A stretch of DNA of 64,000 nt, taken from assembly GCA_028023455.1 (NCBI GenBank), contig JAQFVV010000005.1, positions 14,260,001 to 14,324,000 of the forward strand, in the 5' to 3' direction. A program made the translations under genes and the position numbers. Below the pieces are notes generated by a model, which was not told where the DNA came from, searched no databases, and saw nothing but the letters and a program-made list of their open reading frames with translations. This document shows positions 51,014-63,842 of the stretch, piece by piece; position 1 is the stretch's first letter, and each line of letters starts with the position of its first letter. Source of the DNA: Epiperipatus broadwayi. Its lineage: Eukaryota > Animalia > Onychophora.

Positions 51014-53675
51014 TAATAATTATAATAATATAAATATTAATAGTAATTTGTATAACTTCTTACTGTGCAAGTAATAATGATGACAGTAAAATAAATATTT
51101 TATTGTATTTAATAATGGTAATAATTATATCTCATATTTTGATAACATTAACCCAGCTAATAATAAATCATCTCTTATGATGTTATAATAATATAATGAT
51201 ACTAATAATATTTGAATCTATGACAATGATAATGATGTCCATGTAAATCTCATTCTTACATCTCTGAATAAGTACAACCGAGTTCAAATGCCAAATTAAA
51301 GAGTATTTGGACACTTAAGACATTTAAATGGTGTTATGCAAATTTATTCTATATCTTAAAATAAAAATAAATTCTGACAATAATAATCATCATCTCTGAT
51401 TATATGTGATCTAAATGGTATGCTCTTATGAGGATAACTTATCCAATACTGAGATAATAATACCTTTCTAAAATACTTCAAATAACATAAATAAATTGTA
51501 TCTACTCTTCCATAAAATTAATTTATTTATTAGTGTGAAATTAAATAATATGCTTTCTGATTAAAATGATGACAAAATAAAAATTAATGGGACATGACAA
51601 CATTTCAATCACAAATATAACAATTTATTTTAACAGTATATAAAATTATATATTACATGATATATTATTTCATTCCTTTAATAGCACCAAAATTATATAT
51701 AAAAAAAATTTAAAGTCAAAAAATAAAAATAAAATATTTAGAGTATCTTATTTACATAATTCATTTCTTTTACATGTTTGAAAACTATTACTTTGGCTCA
51801 CCAATAATGCTAATTGGATGTTAATGTTTCCAAGATTACAAAAATACACATTATCTCAATAAAATTTCAGCAAGCATTTAAAATATCTTAAAATATTTCT
51901 TTAAAAGTTAAGAACTAACCATAAATAACTTACACTAATAAAATATTGTAATATCACAGAGATCATTAAATATTTTCTAGAATTCCTTGTTTCCAGAAGG
52001 AATATAGACTTAACATTAATTCATATTCATGTAGATAGCAATTTAGTTCTCTTTCTTTATTACATGGCATAAAAAGCATTTATACCAATGAATTTTATCA
52101 GCATTTGTATTTAAGACATGCCTATTTAAAAATTTTCTTACCTATTGCATACATTATTTGCCAATTTTGATCCCAAAAAATCTCAAGAATGAAACTATTT
52201 GATTATATAGAAAATTATCTGGTTTTGCCTTATCACTTCAATTTTCTATTAATCTATAACAGGCAACACATTAGGATCAAAAAGTTGTAATCTTATAATC
52301 AGACAATCAAAAGATATGTAATGTATATAACTCCATGCTGAGAATTGCTATGAGTAATGTGTTGTTGGTAATGACATTCCAAATAAAAGTGGAATAGTAG
52401 ATAAAACAAGGTCTAACCTATATCATAAACTGAAATGGCCCAATAAATCCTGGTATCTTTCTATCTGCACTTATTAATATAAAATGGTTTAACTATCCAT
52501 GAAAAATCTAAACATAATTACCAAACAATTCACAGGAACTAACCAAACACACCAGACTAAAGTAATCAAGGTTAAATATCTATAACTCGCCTGATGCAAT
52601 TTACAAGAACTGAGAGCACTCATACAAAAAATACAATACCAACATATGCATTATATAATCAATATTAGGACACTGAAGCTTAATGATATTCTAATTTAAG
52701 ATATAATCATATTACAAAAGAAAAAGAACAATGGCAAAATAAATAAAATGATCATTATAAACACCATAACATAACTTTGTGTTTACGAAAATATGGGACC
52801 AAATGGCAATAATTATTTTAAAGAACAAAGATTCATTAAAACATGTATCTAGTTTCAAGATACATTTCATTTAGTAATTAAATGTTAGATACTTTCATCC
52901 AAGTACAATGCCAATATTAGGTATACAATCATACTTAATAATTAAACGTAGTTAGAATAAAAAAACTAAATATCTTTTTTTTTAACTATTAATAAATAGT
53001 TAATTACCACATATACTTCGATTACAATACATATTAATGTTTAATTAACTCATAATAAACAATCGATATATAATTTTCTCTAAACAATAAAATAGAATAT
53101 TATCTACTAATATGTTAGAAAATAAAGGGAAAAAATTATTATTCAAGAGAAATTGATTCTTTGATGACTGGAAGTTAAAGCTAGAACACTTAACTCATTG
53201 GTTGACCGCAAATCTAGTTGGCTGAGTGATTTAAAACTCTAAACTTTTGATTGTTGAATTACAGAATCGGCAATAAAAAATATATTCATCTTTTAATATT
53301 ATATTCGTTTGTAAAAAGTATATTAATAATTTGTCAGAGTATGAAAGTGAACAAAAGTTTTTTCAAAAATAATTTTCTACTTATAATTATAAAAATATTT
53401 TATATCGGTGAACCCAAAAAAACGTTCTTCTAACCTATTAAAAAATGTTGCATACGTCATTGATTTTCTTTCTCAATTTACGTTGTGAAAAAATAAAGAA
53501 TTTTTTGCTAAAATCTTACTATTTTTTTTTAAATAACTATATTTTCAGCATATTTTACCAAAATACATTACAATATGTAAATAAATGGCAGAAAAATACT
53601 CTAAATTATTAATTTTGGTTTGAAAATCAAATAAAGAGCTTGGGGCAATTTAAACCGTTGACAGATGTGAAAATT

Positions 53676-53777
53676 GTTCTTAGCGATGGTCATCGCAGCC
53701 GTCTTGCAAGCAAGTAGTTGGTTGCAGACGGGTGTGGGTTCGCGTCCCGGCCGATGTTATGACATATGAAATAAAAA
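53676..53777 (+). mobile_element. tRNA-derived SINE, long subfamily
   Basis: ggtcatcgcagccgtcttgcaagcaagtagttggttgcagacgggtgtgggttcgcgtcccggccgatgttatgacatatgaaataaaaa. Confidence 0.85.
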
Positions 53778-54100
53778 TTTACGTTCGTGTAAACGTATAC
53801 AATTTTTTTCTACAATCTTACTATTTTTCTAAAATAACTATATTTTCAGTATATTTTATGAAAATAATTCATAATATGTAATAAAAAAAACATTTTCGTT
53901 TTCAAAGTCAAAACAGAAGGTGGAGCGATGAAAATTATTGACAGACGGTTTTCGTTCAAAGCAACCAATTAGAATTTACAAAGGTGTCACTTCTCTCTTT
54001 GTTCTAACTTAGAACGCCTATATTATTGATTTTTTTACTTGTAAAATAATTCAAGAGAGGGCAGCATCTTACGGTACCTTTTTTTTTTTTTTTTTTTTAC

Positions 54101-54758
54101 GGTATGCGAAAAATTTGGATAAAGAATTTATATCCGTATATTTGTACAAAAGATGGGATGATTGTGTTAGGAGGATTGTTAAGTGTTATAGTGGTAAGGA
54201 ATGGGATAAAAGAATAGATTTATTAATAAAGAATAAGGAGTTAGAGAGATGGAAACTAGTATGGAGAGTAAAAAGAGTTTAAATATATATAGAAGTAAAC
54301 AGAATATTAGGTGCGAGTTAATATATGATAATAGTAAGGAAATTAGTTTATTGTTTAAGGCTCGAACCGGATCTTTAGCAACTAGAAAATATACATGTAA
54401 ATGGAAAAATATGGGTGATTTAGTCTGTAAATTATGTAAGGAAGGAATAGAAAATATTAGGCATCTGTTAATTGAATGTAAATGCTTGAAAACAGAAAGG
54501 TCACATATAATGAAGTTATGGAAAAATAAATATGAAAAAAGTGATTATACAGAAAGTGGATTATTGGTTTTTATGCTGGGTTTGGAAAATGATAAGGGGG
54601 ATTTAGATATAAAGGCTGTAGAGTTGACAAATATTATGTTGTGGAAATGGGATGGACCAGAATATGGGAACACTTAGACTGGAGAATGTAAAATTAAGTA
54701 ATTGCTGAGAAATTATTGACTTCGTTTAAGAAGAAGCTACAGTACATCACATCACATC
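54101..54758 (+). mobile_element. 5'-truncated copy of the 11.4-15.0 kb LINE (3' end)
   Basis: ORF 54249-54677 is nearly identical to ORF 11502-11912, and the copy ends in acatcacatcacatc. Confidence 0.95.
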
Positions 54759-56170
54759 AGCAATAGAAAGATTAGGAAGAGGGATAGAGATACCGTTAAT
54801 AGGTGGTAAAAGAATGTATACTTTGTCAGGTCTTTTTTTTTGCGGATGATATATTTTTGTGTGCAGAAAGAAGAGAAGATATGGAAGTTATGTTGTGGAC
54901 ATGTGCAAGAGTGGGTAAAAAGATGGGGATTAAATTTAGTGAAGAAAAATCAAATATAATGATGGTTAATACTGGGGAAAGAGAAGATGTAGAATTTTTA
55001 TTGGGGGGTATAAAGTTAAGTGTGGTGAATAGATATAGTTATTTGGGAATTATCTTAAGTAATCAGAAAAATTGTTTGGATGAATGGGGGGAAAAAATTG
55101 ATAAATGAAGCAAAGAAAAGAAAGGGATTGATAAAAAAATTAACAATGTTTTCATATAATAAATATGATGTAGCTAGAATTATATGGAAGGGAGTTGCAG
55201 TAGCAGGGTTAACATATGGTAATGATGCGTTATGTGTTAGTAAAGGGGTATTAGATTATTTAGAAAAAGTACAAAGAGAAGTAGGAAGACATGCATTGGA
55301 TGCAGATGTATGGACAGCAAGGGAGGCAATTCAAGGAGAAATGGGATGGTCAAGTTTTTATATGAGAGATGCAAAAAGTAAAATGAAAATGTTTGGTAGA
55401 TTGCAGTTTATGGATAATAAAAGAATAGCCAAAATAGTATTTAATTGGGTTACGAGTAAAGGGCAGGCAACAAGATGGGTGAGAAAGGTAATGTGGTATG
55501 CAAAAGATTTGGATAAAGAATTTATATCAGTATATTTGTACAAAAGATGGGATGATTGTGTTAGGAAGATTGTTGAGTGTTATAGTGGTAAGGAATGGGA
55601 TAAAAGAATAGATTTATTAATAAAGAATAGGGAGTTAGAGAGATGGAGAACTAGTATGGAGAGTAAAAAGAGTTTAAATATATATAGAAGTAAACAGAAT
55701 ATTAGGTGCGAGTTAATATATGATAATAGTAAGGAAAGTAGTTTATTGTTTAAGGCTAGAATGGGATCTTTAGCAACAAGAGAATATACATGTAAATGGA
55801 AAAATATGGGTGATTTAGTCTGTAAATTGTGTAAGGAAAGAATAGAAAATATTAGGCATTTGTTAATTGAATGTAATGCTTGAAAACAGAAAGGGTAGAA
55901 ATAATGAAGTTATGGAAGAATAAATATGAAAAAAGTGATTATACAGAAAGTGGATTATTAGTTTTTATGCTGGGTTTGGGAAAAGATAAGGGGGGTTTAG
56001 ATATAAAGGTTATAGAATTGACAAAAATTATGTTGTGGAAATGGGATGGAGCAAAATATGGGAAGATTTAGAGTGGGGAATGGAAGATAAAGTGGCTAAC
56101 AGTTTTCTCTAGGCATTGTTGCTGAGAGATTTCTGACTCCGTTTAAGAAGAAACCATAATGCATCACATC
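54759..56170 (+). mobile_element. Second 5'-truncated copy of the same LINE (RT C-terminus to tail)
   Basis: ORFs 54803-55108 (FFADDI), 55080-55883 and 55880-56071. Ends gcatcacatc. Confidence 0.95.
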
Positions 56171-56411
56171 AGCTTTAAAATAAGCCTAAATACGCTAAAA
56201 TAACGTAAAAACTGGGGAACTAGAGCAAGTTAAAAACGTGTACGAATCTATCTGAAGCAAGCTATAACGTCGAAAGCAGAAATCCCCCCCCCCCTTTTCA
56301 TTTTTTTATGGCATCGTCCAATGGAATCGCCAATAAATACAGAAGCTTTCTCATCACAACAATGAAGAAAATACATTTATTTACTCAACGCTGTTAAAAT
56401 ATGAAATTCCT

Positions 56412-56493
56412 GGTCAAGCGTTGGTGGTCGAGAGATTGGTCCGGGTTAGCGAGTTCGCTTCCCGGCCGATGCTATAACACATGAAAAAAAAAA
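56412..56493 (+). mobile_element. tRNA-Gly-derived SINE, short and internally deleted, with 7-bp TSD
   Basis: caagcgttggtggtcgagag...gagttcgcttcccggccgatgctataacacatg(A)n. aattcct at 56405-56411 and 56496-56502. The empty paralogous site atatgtaattcct is at about 41655. Confidence 0.9.
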
Positions 56494-57473
56494 GTAATTC
56501 CTAATAATTATTTAAATTGAATGCACTTTTAATTACTTTAATACTGCAGCTTAATAATATTAAAATATACAATTATTTTAATATTAATTGATAAGTTCTT
56601 TTCTTTTTTAAAAAAAAAAAAAATTAGTTTTTAAGCTTAAGAAGAATTTTAATAAAGCTAGCATGAACAAAAAGTGGGAATATTGTTATTAAGTATTTTA
56701 TCTGGAGGATTTATTTCTATAATGTTCTAAATTTCATTCATGGAATATCAATTTTCCAGTGGACATTGTAGACATTTATAGGCTTAAATACAATGTAAGT
56801 ACTTTTATCTTAATTATTTTACTTTCCGGCTTTCCTTACATAATGAATAGTATAACATAATTTATCTATTACTCATAAGAATATTGTATAAATAAGGAAT
56901 CTTCACACTTTAATTTCTTTTTAAATATCCAATTCGTCTACAAAACAATTTCATTTTAAAGGGACATTATCAGCATAAATAAAAATCATTTTAAACTATT
57001 CAGGTTTAATAAACTTATAGTGAAAATGTCATAATCCAGGAGTACATTTAAATAAATTATTGTATCAGATAACTTCTTTAACAGATTAGAGTTCCAAATA
57101 AAGTTAATTATAATTAATATTAAAGTTCTAAAATGCTTATTATGTCTAAGTTTACTTATACTGTTAATTAATTTATCGCCTAATTTAAAGATCCTGTAAC
57201 AGTAATTAAGATAAGAATAAAAAGACACACCCATTCTTCACATAATTAGTTGAGTTCCTTATAGATAATTTATTGTTGATAAGAGGGATATAATCAAATT
57301 CCCAGTAAGATATTACAACTTGTGTCCCATTGAGATTACATAATTAGTGTAGATTATCTCTCGATAATCAGTGTAGAATTAATTATCTTTCAATGGAGAA
57401 TAATGCTTTTCAAACTATTCCTTTTATCATACTACTTAAACGTACTTTGGAATGATATTTATTTTACAAATTC

Positions 57474-57583
57474 TTTTTTTTTTCATATGTCATAGCATCT
57501 GCGGGACGCGAACCCACAACCGTCTGCAACCAACTACTTGCTTGCAAGGTTGCTGCGATGACCTCTCGGCTAACAACGCTTGA
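57474..57583 (-). mobile_element. tRNA-derived SINE, long subfamily
   Basis: Reverse complement tcaagcgttgttagccgagaggtcatcgcagcaaccttgcaagcaagtagttggttgcagacggttgtgggttcgcgtcccgcagatgctatgacatatg(A)n. Absent at the paralogous site near 43880. Confidence 0.9.
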
Positions 57584-58699
57584 AAAATACATTTTAAACA
57601 TATTCAGCAATACTTAAATTAGTAAAATTAATTAGTCAGACCATTAAAATTCTCAGATTAATAAGTGTCTGAGAAAAAGAGTGAACAAAAAATTATTTAA
57701 GATGATACTAAGAGTGAGTGTGTAAATGAATGTCTAGTCACATCTAGCTTCATCTTTTATAAACTTTTTCACTTGATGTCTAGAAAATTAAAGACCAATT
57801 AATTTTTATTGTTTAATTAAGATAAAATTGATTTTAAAAATAAAATAATTAATTCCATTATGTAATTACTGTAAAGTAACAAAATTATTTAATTTTTAAC
57901 AAATATTTTATCCTCAAAATATTTTATTCTTTTTCAATAAATATATAATTTTATCCAACATAGTTTTACATACTGTGTTCTCATTTTTATTACGTTTTAA
58001 TTTTAAATATTATAGTAAAATTTCTTTATTAACTTCCAAGCATTATAATAAAATCAATTTTGAAAAGGAAGTAAAACATTTAACAATTTTCAATTAATTA
58101 AAATGTGATGTAACATTTTGAATGTTATAAAAGACCATTCATTCAAGCAAAATAATTTACTTTAATAATTTATCATTAAATTATTTAATTAACAATATAG
58201 GCCTAACTTCAATTTGTCTTATGATATTATAGACAAACTCATCTTAGCATTAAGATTAATTATTACTTGATTTATAAAATTAATATTGAAGTATGAAATG
58301 AACTTATATTATTTTAACTTTTGCTTATAACTTATGCTATAATATGTTATTTAAATATCTACATTTTATTTTAATATAAGATTAAAACATAACTTCACTA
58401 CAATAATAACATATACCATCCTACTTATATATTATTATCAAAACTTATAATATAAAAGATAAATGGAACGACACAAAAATTTAAAACTTTTATAAATAAA
58501 ATATAATATTAATTTCCTTCAGAAGCAAGTGCAATTAATAAGTCACAATATATACATTATAACAATATATTAAATAAATTACATGCATTTTTTTTACAAT
58601 TATATATATATGTCAATTTATATAATTTTACATTCATTTTTAATTAACCAGTTATTAAACAAATTTATAGAAGTATTATAAATATTCATCCAATTATTT

Positions 58700-60150
58700 A
58701 AATTATTTTTAATATATGTTTTGTATAATTGTCTTCTTTTTGGATCTTTGATGTAATTTAAACATTTAATGCTTTTTGTAGCATCTATTCTATGACCATA
58801 TTTTAGGTAATGAATATATAATGCAGATTTATCATCTTTTCTATTAAACTGTATTCAAGCCTCAGATCCATAAATAAAAACTGATAAAACATATTTATTA
58901 AAAATCTTCCTTTTCAAACACATAGTCATATTTCCTTTTTCTAAATGTGATCCATCCAAGTTTAATTATATAGTTAATTTCATCCATTATGTTTTCATAT
59001 GTATTAATAATCTGACCTTTGAGAAAATCCATTGAACAATATTTTAGCCTCTTTAACATTTATCTTTAATCCTACTTTTTTACTTTCATCTAATAACTCC
59101 TGCAATAAATTCTGAAGCATTATTTTCAAAAACAATTACATCATATTCACAATCTAAATGATTGAAATAATCTCCATAAAGTTTTATTCTCTTAAATTCC
59201 CATTTTAATTGACAAAAAACTCCTTGGAAAACTGCTGCAAATAGTTTTGGAGAAACAGTTACTTCATTATACACTTTTCAGGAATACTAATCTTCTTGTA
59301 CCATTATATAATTTAATCATTGGTGTTGCAATATGGTAAGTATTCTTCAGAATATCTTTTAGTCTATATTTTGATGATCCAATGTTTAATCATTGTAGAA
59401 AGAGTTACAGAATCAAATTCTTTTATAACCTACAAATCCAAATCATAATAACAACTTAAATTCACTGGCCCTTTCTATAACTTCTTTCACTATTTGGATA
59501 AGATCCGGTACTAAAACTACTTTTAAATCCAGATTGTTTTTTTGATTCACTCCAGATGAGTTGTAATTATATTAGTAAGGAAATTGTATAAAACTGATGA
59601 AAGACTGATATATCTATAATTTCTAATATCTTTTTCTAAATGTTAATAAAGCACTGCATCCTTCCAATTATCTGGTATATCCTTACATTTGGTATAAAAC
59701 TTGGCCAAAATTTATCTCTTTCTTCACCTGCTTTTTAGATATCAATTATTATTCGATCATTACCTGAGTTTTTCTCTTTTTCAAAGATTTAATTGCATAT
59801 CTCTCACTTCTTTGTTAAAATGCTTGGGAAATTCATAAGAAGTAATTGTAGGAAGTAACTTTTTCATGTTGTTTATTGCTACATAATTCTTTATACAATT
59901 CTTTCACACATTCATGTCATTTCTCTTTTTATTAATAGTTCCATCTTTTCTTTTTATAACAGAATAAGTTTCCCACTAATACCAAGATGTTGTTTTCCAC
60001 TTTTGAGGCTTTTTTTTTATAGCTGTTTTTGTTAATCCTCAATGATATATTTTTGCTCTTGAATCTAATTTAGTTTGGATATATTGTCATCTTTTTTGTT
60101 TTTATAGCATGTTTTAATGAGATGACTTCATAATCTGCATTTTTTACAAT
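58700..60150 (-). mobile_element. Degenerate RTE LINE related to the 48.8-51.0 kb element, not inverted
   Basis: ORF 59086-59274 VSPKLFAAVFQGVFCQLKWE..IKLYGDYFNHLD parallels ISPKLFTAVLQEVFCGLKWE..VKANGDYLSHLD. 58860-58940 aligns with 49170-49250. Confidence 0.8.
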
Positions 60151-60168
60151 ATCTTTCCATCAACTACA

Positions 60169-60291
60169 CAAGCAAGCGTCTTGCGTTGTTAGCCGAGAGG
60201 TATCGCAGCCGCCATGCAAGCAAGTAGTTGGTTGCAGACGGTTATGGGTTCGTGTCCCAGCCGATGCTATGACACATGGAAAAAAAAAAAA
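60169..60291 (+). mobile_element. tRNA-derived SINE, long subfamily, with 7-bp TSD
   Basis: gcgttgttagccgagagg...gggttcgtgtcccagccgatgctatgacacatgg(A)n. aactaca at 60162-60168 and 60290-60296. Confidence 0.9.
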
Positions 60292-60434
60292 CTACATTTG
60301 CAAGCAATATGACTCTGATATACATAGCAATAACATTTTAATTCTCCTTTGTTTGTGGGATTTGTAATCTTCATGGCTTTGTGAATATTCACCTGACAGA
60401 TTTCTAATATGCCTACATTATGAAATTGTCTTGA

Positions 60435-61000
60435 TCAGATACCAGTTTTTGTGTATTTGATAGCTTCACTATAAATTAAATAAGTAACAGCAAATAATTG
60501 TTTTCTTAATGAATAGTCAAACATATCCCATGAATGTTGTTCTAAAAGTGCATCCTCAACTGGATCTATTAATGCACAATCTTCAGCTAAAATTTTCAAT
60601 GCTGCATCATATTCACAAAACCCCTCGACCTTCATTTGTCATCTAATTCCAGAAATGAAAACAAACCAATATTTGGATGGTTTAGCATTAAAAATAATAA
60701 TTTACGGATTACATCCTGGGGTAGCTTGGTTTCCAGTGAGTCAGGTTCACAGATACAATTGGTGATTTCTTCCATTTTTGCACTGCTATGCATGTCTATT
60801 TTATTAACACCATTGGTTACATCATTTATTGAATATGCTACTCAATACAATTCAAATATAATGACCATTCCAATGAGTTAATTCACTTATGTTGATTTGT
60901 ATTGCTGAAGCCATTTTCCCTACTTGAACAGGTTAGCATTCGCACTTGATAACCTTTGACAAACTGCACCAATTTTTATTTGCTATCCCCTAGCCAATTA
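60435..61000 (-). pseudogene. Unidentified coding-like segment with stops and a frameshift
   Basis: Less AT-rich. Protein-like frames DVTNGVNKIDMHSSAKMEEITNCICEPDSLETKLPQDVIRKLLFLMLNHPNIGLFSFLELDDK, then ORF 60435-60635 in another frame. Family not recognised. Confidence 0.3.
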
Positions 61001-61139
61001 TTCTCTGCACAAGTGTAGAACATACACATCACATAATAATTAAAGTGAACATGTAATATGTGTGACTTTATATATGATAACTAGATAGATACTCATAGGT
61101 GTAAAATATGTAAATAATTACTAATAAATATATAAATAT

Positions 61140-61325
61140 AAATACTTGATAATGAATATATGTTGATATGAATGCTTAGTAACAAATACTTATGTAGATG
61201 TTTGATAATGAATACATGTTGATATAATGCCTAGTAATAAATATATACACACACACACATATATATATATATGTTTGATAACAAATACATGATGATATAA
61301 ACGCTTAGTAATGAATACATATTTA
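61140..61325. repeat. Diverged minisatellite with embedded (AC)n/(AT)n
   Basis: Alternating gataatgaatacatgttgatat and gcttagtaacaaatac units. Confidence 0.7.
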
Positions 61326-61394
61326 AATATAATATTCAATTTCATTTATTAGTACAGAAATTGTGTGTAATTTAAACAAAAATGATTATACCCT

Positions 61395-61790
61395 AAAGAT
61401 GTGCCATAATGTTGTTACAATAGCTCACAATGTCTTGTTGTGTACTGAGAACATTTTAAAACCAAAGTACAATTATAAAGACTTATGAAAAGATAAGAGC
61501 AACTGTGTTATTTTTTGTATCTAAATTTAGTTATATAGGCCAATCTAAAGTATCTAGTTTGAGAGCATGAAGATGTTTATTCACTTTACAGCTATTAATT
61601 TCTGATGGAAGTGATTAAAAAAAATATCTTCATTCTCAAACTAAGATTGGCCTATATAGCTAAATTTAGGTACAGAGGATAAGATGGCCATATATCTTTT
61701 CAAAAGTATCTATTTATGCTTTGGTTTGAAAGTATCAGTACTCAACAAGATATCATTGAGCTATTATAACAACATTACAGCACATGTGCT
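61395..61790. mobile_element. ~400-bp imperfect foldback element
   Basis: Left arm ataatgttgttacaatagctca...taaatttagttatataggccaatct...agtttgagagcatgaagat versus right arm atcttcattctcaaacta..agattggcctatatagctaaattta...tgagctattataacaacatta. Confidence 0.7.
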
Positions 61791-61999
61791 TAGAATAAAT
61801 ATCCCTCCTGTTTAAATTATTTAGATATAAATGCTTGATAACAAATACATGCTAATATTTTAGAGAATATGATAATTATTAGCTTTATAGGGTATAACAT
61901 ACAATTACAAAAGCTAATAATCTGTTACACGGAATATATACTTATAGATCTAGTAGACATTAGGTACATGTAAATCATAATAAAGCTGGGACAGTTTGC

Positions 62000-63400
62000 A
62001 GAGTCATGAGTCTGCTTTGATACCTGCAGTGGCAGAGCTCATCAGGATAGATATATTGTTCTAGTAATCAGGGTGCTGCTCATTTTCAGGTACAATTGTT
62101 GTTGTTGCACCTTCTGTATTCCTCATTTACTTCTCTGTAGGTACATCTGCTTTGTTGTGGATTCATCTGGATTAGTGAGAGTTCATGTGCTCTGTTGGAT
62201 GTCCATCTGCATTGTTGGGTTGGATTTAAACTTTTTATTCTTAGATTTGAGTTTTCCATTTCCTTGTTATGATTGAATTTATCCAGCTTCATGGCTGTTA
62301 TAATTTGGGTTGATTGTTACATTCTTTAGGTTCTTAATGGTTTAGTAATTAGTTTAATTAAATACAATTTATTTTCCATACTCTTAAGTATATAAAGTGT
62401 ATATCTAGGTGTGTACACAACTCCTGAGCATCAACAAATGCTTTTTTATGTTCACATCGGTTTTTGTCTTAAACTGCTCGTTCACATGAAAAATTTCTAC
62501 TACATTTTATAATTTTGAAACTAAGTTGATTATATTTTATATTAAATGATAAATCCAGTCTAATCCCAAGCTTAATATTCAATAGATTTCTTATTATCAT
62601 CTTCTTTGGAATGTTAAATTTTTTATTTTCATTGGATTCTTTAACTTCGATTGCTTAGCCTTTTTGAAGATTCATAATTGTATGTGTGTTACTTCATCTA
62701 TAAATATTACAACATATATAAATTTTGCAAGGGCATTTTAAATTAAACAAAGTATATATATATCAACTGCAAGATTAAAATTTTTCCCAGCACGTATAAG
62801 GATTTGAATGCATTCTGTTTTTCATTTACTTTTATATATCACTAACTAAATGTTATTCATAATTCCAGAAGATTTCATCATATCTGGAGCAAATTACATC
62901 AATATATGTGCATCATAAACTATTAAGTTATCGGAATCTTCATTCCATTAACTTTCAAATTATGCATTAATACTTGTTTTGCATGGAATTCCAGATTTAG
63001 TAAATGCCTCGAATTGTAAATTCTTCACTTGAACTTCATTACTTTCAAACACTGTCAGACTACACTCCAACTTTAATCGTTTCTTTGATTCATAACCTCT
63101 TATTTAAATTATATCAAACTTTCTTATTTCATCCATTCTTCTCATATGCAATTTTTTTTAGGTCTTCTACAATTTCTTGGAATCAATTTAGAGCTTTCAT
63201 TATCCATTTGTCATCATCTACCAATATGTCTAGCCAGCATTTTAGTGTTAATTTTTTTTAATATCAGTGATAGTTGTTATCTCTTGCATCTATTTAGTTT
63301 TTGATGGTTTATTACTTCAAACACATTTATTCCAATACTTTTCTGAGTGATCTAAAGTTTTTGTATTACAGTTAAATGTTTAATTCACAGATTCATTAAG
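62000..63400 (-). mobile_element. Possible second Gypsy gag-like remnant
   Basis: Q/N-rich ORF 62086-62292 and a KNRMHSNPYTCWEKFL-like fragment. Very degraded. Confidence 0.3.
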
Positions 63401-63707
63401 TAGGTATTAATGAAATATATATGAGTGCTGGTTCAACACAAAACATGCATCTGGAGACCATTTATATTTTCACATCTTTTCTCACATGTTTCAAGAATGT
63501 AAAATAAAATAGAAGTTTGAAATATATCTAAATATATATATCTATAAATGAAGTTAAATTTAAGTATATCTAAAACTGTGTATATGAAGTTAAATTATAA
63601 CACATGCTATGTATATGTGACTTATTTGAAAAATTGAAGTGGTTGTTTCAAAATGCACCCATAGTGAAGAGAAATGGTCTGATGATTATGAGAAAAATGA
63701 GTTGGTG

Positions 63708-63842
63708 AATGAAGATTTTTTTTTTAATCACTTCCATCAGAAATTAATAGCTGTAAAGTGAATAAACATCTTCATGCTCTCAAACTAGATACTTTAGATT
63801 GGCCTATATAACTAAATTTAGATACAAATAATAACACAGTTG
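63708..63842 (-). repeat. Near-identical inverted copy of 61500-61635
   Basis: About 135 bp of reverse-complement match with only 2-3 differences. Confidence 0.9.

Larger units (their letters stand above)
51565..58555 (+). repeat. Segmental duplication copy II, interrupted by a ~3.1-kb insert (53192-56256)
   Basis: See copy I. Homology stops after aacacttaa (about 53190) and resumes at agctataacgtcg (about 56257). Confidence 0.85.

Noticed and set aside
63678-63700. CTGATGA motif as a ribozyme core
   Set aside because: No stem II, GAAA-stem III or stem I can be formed.
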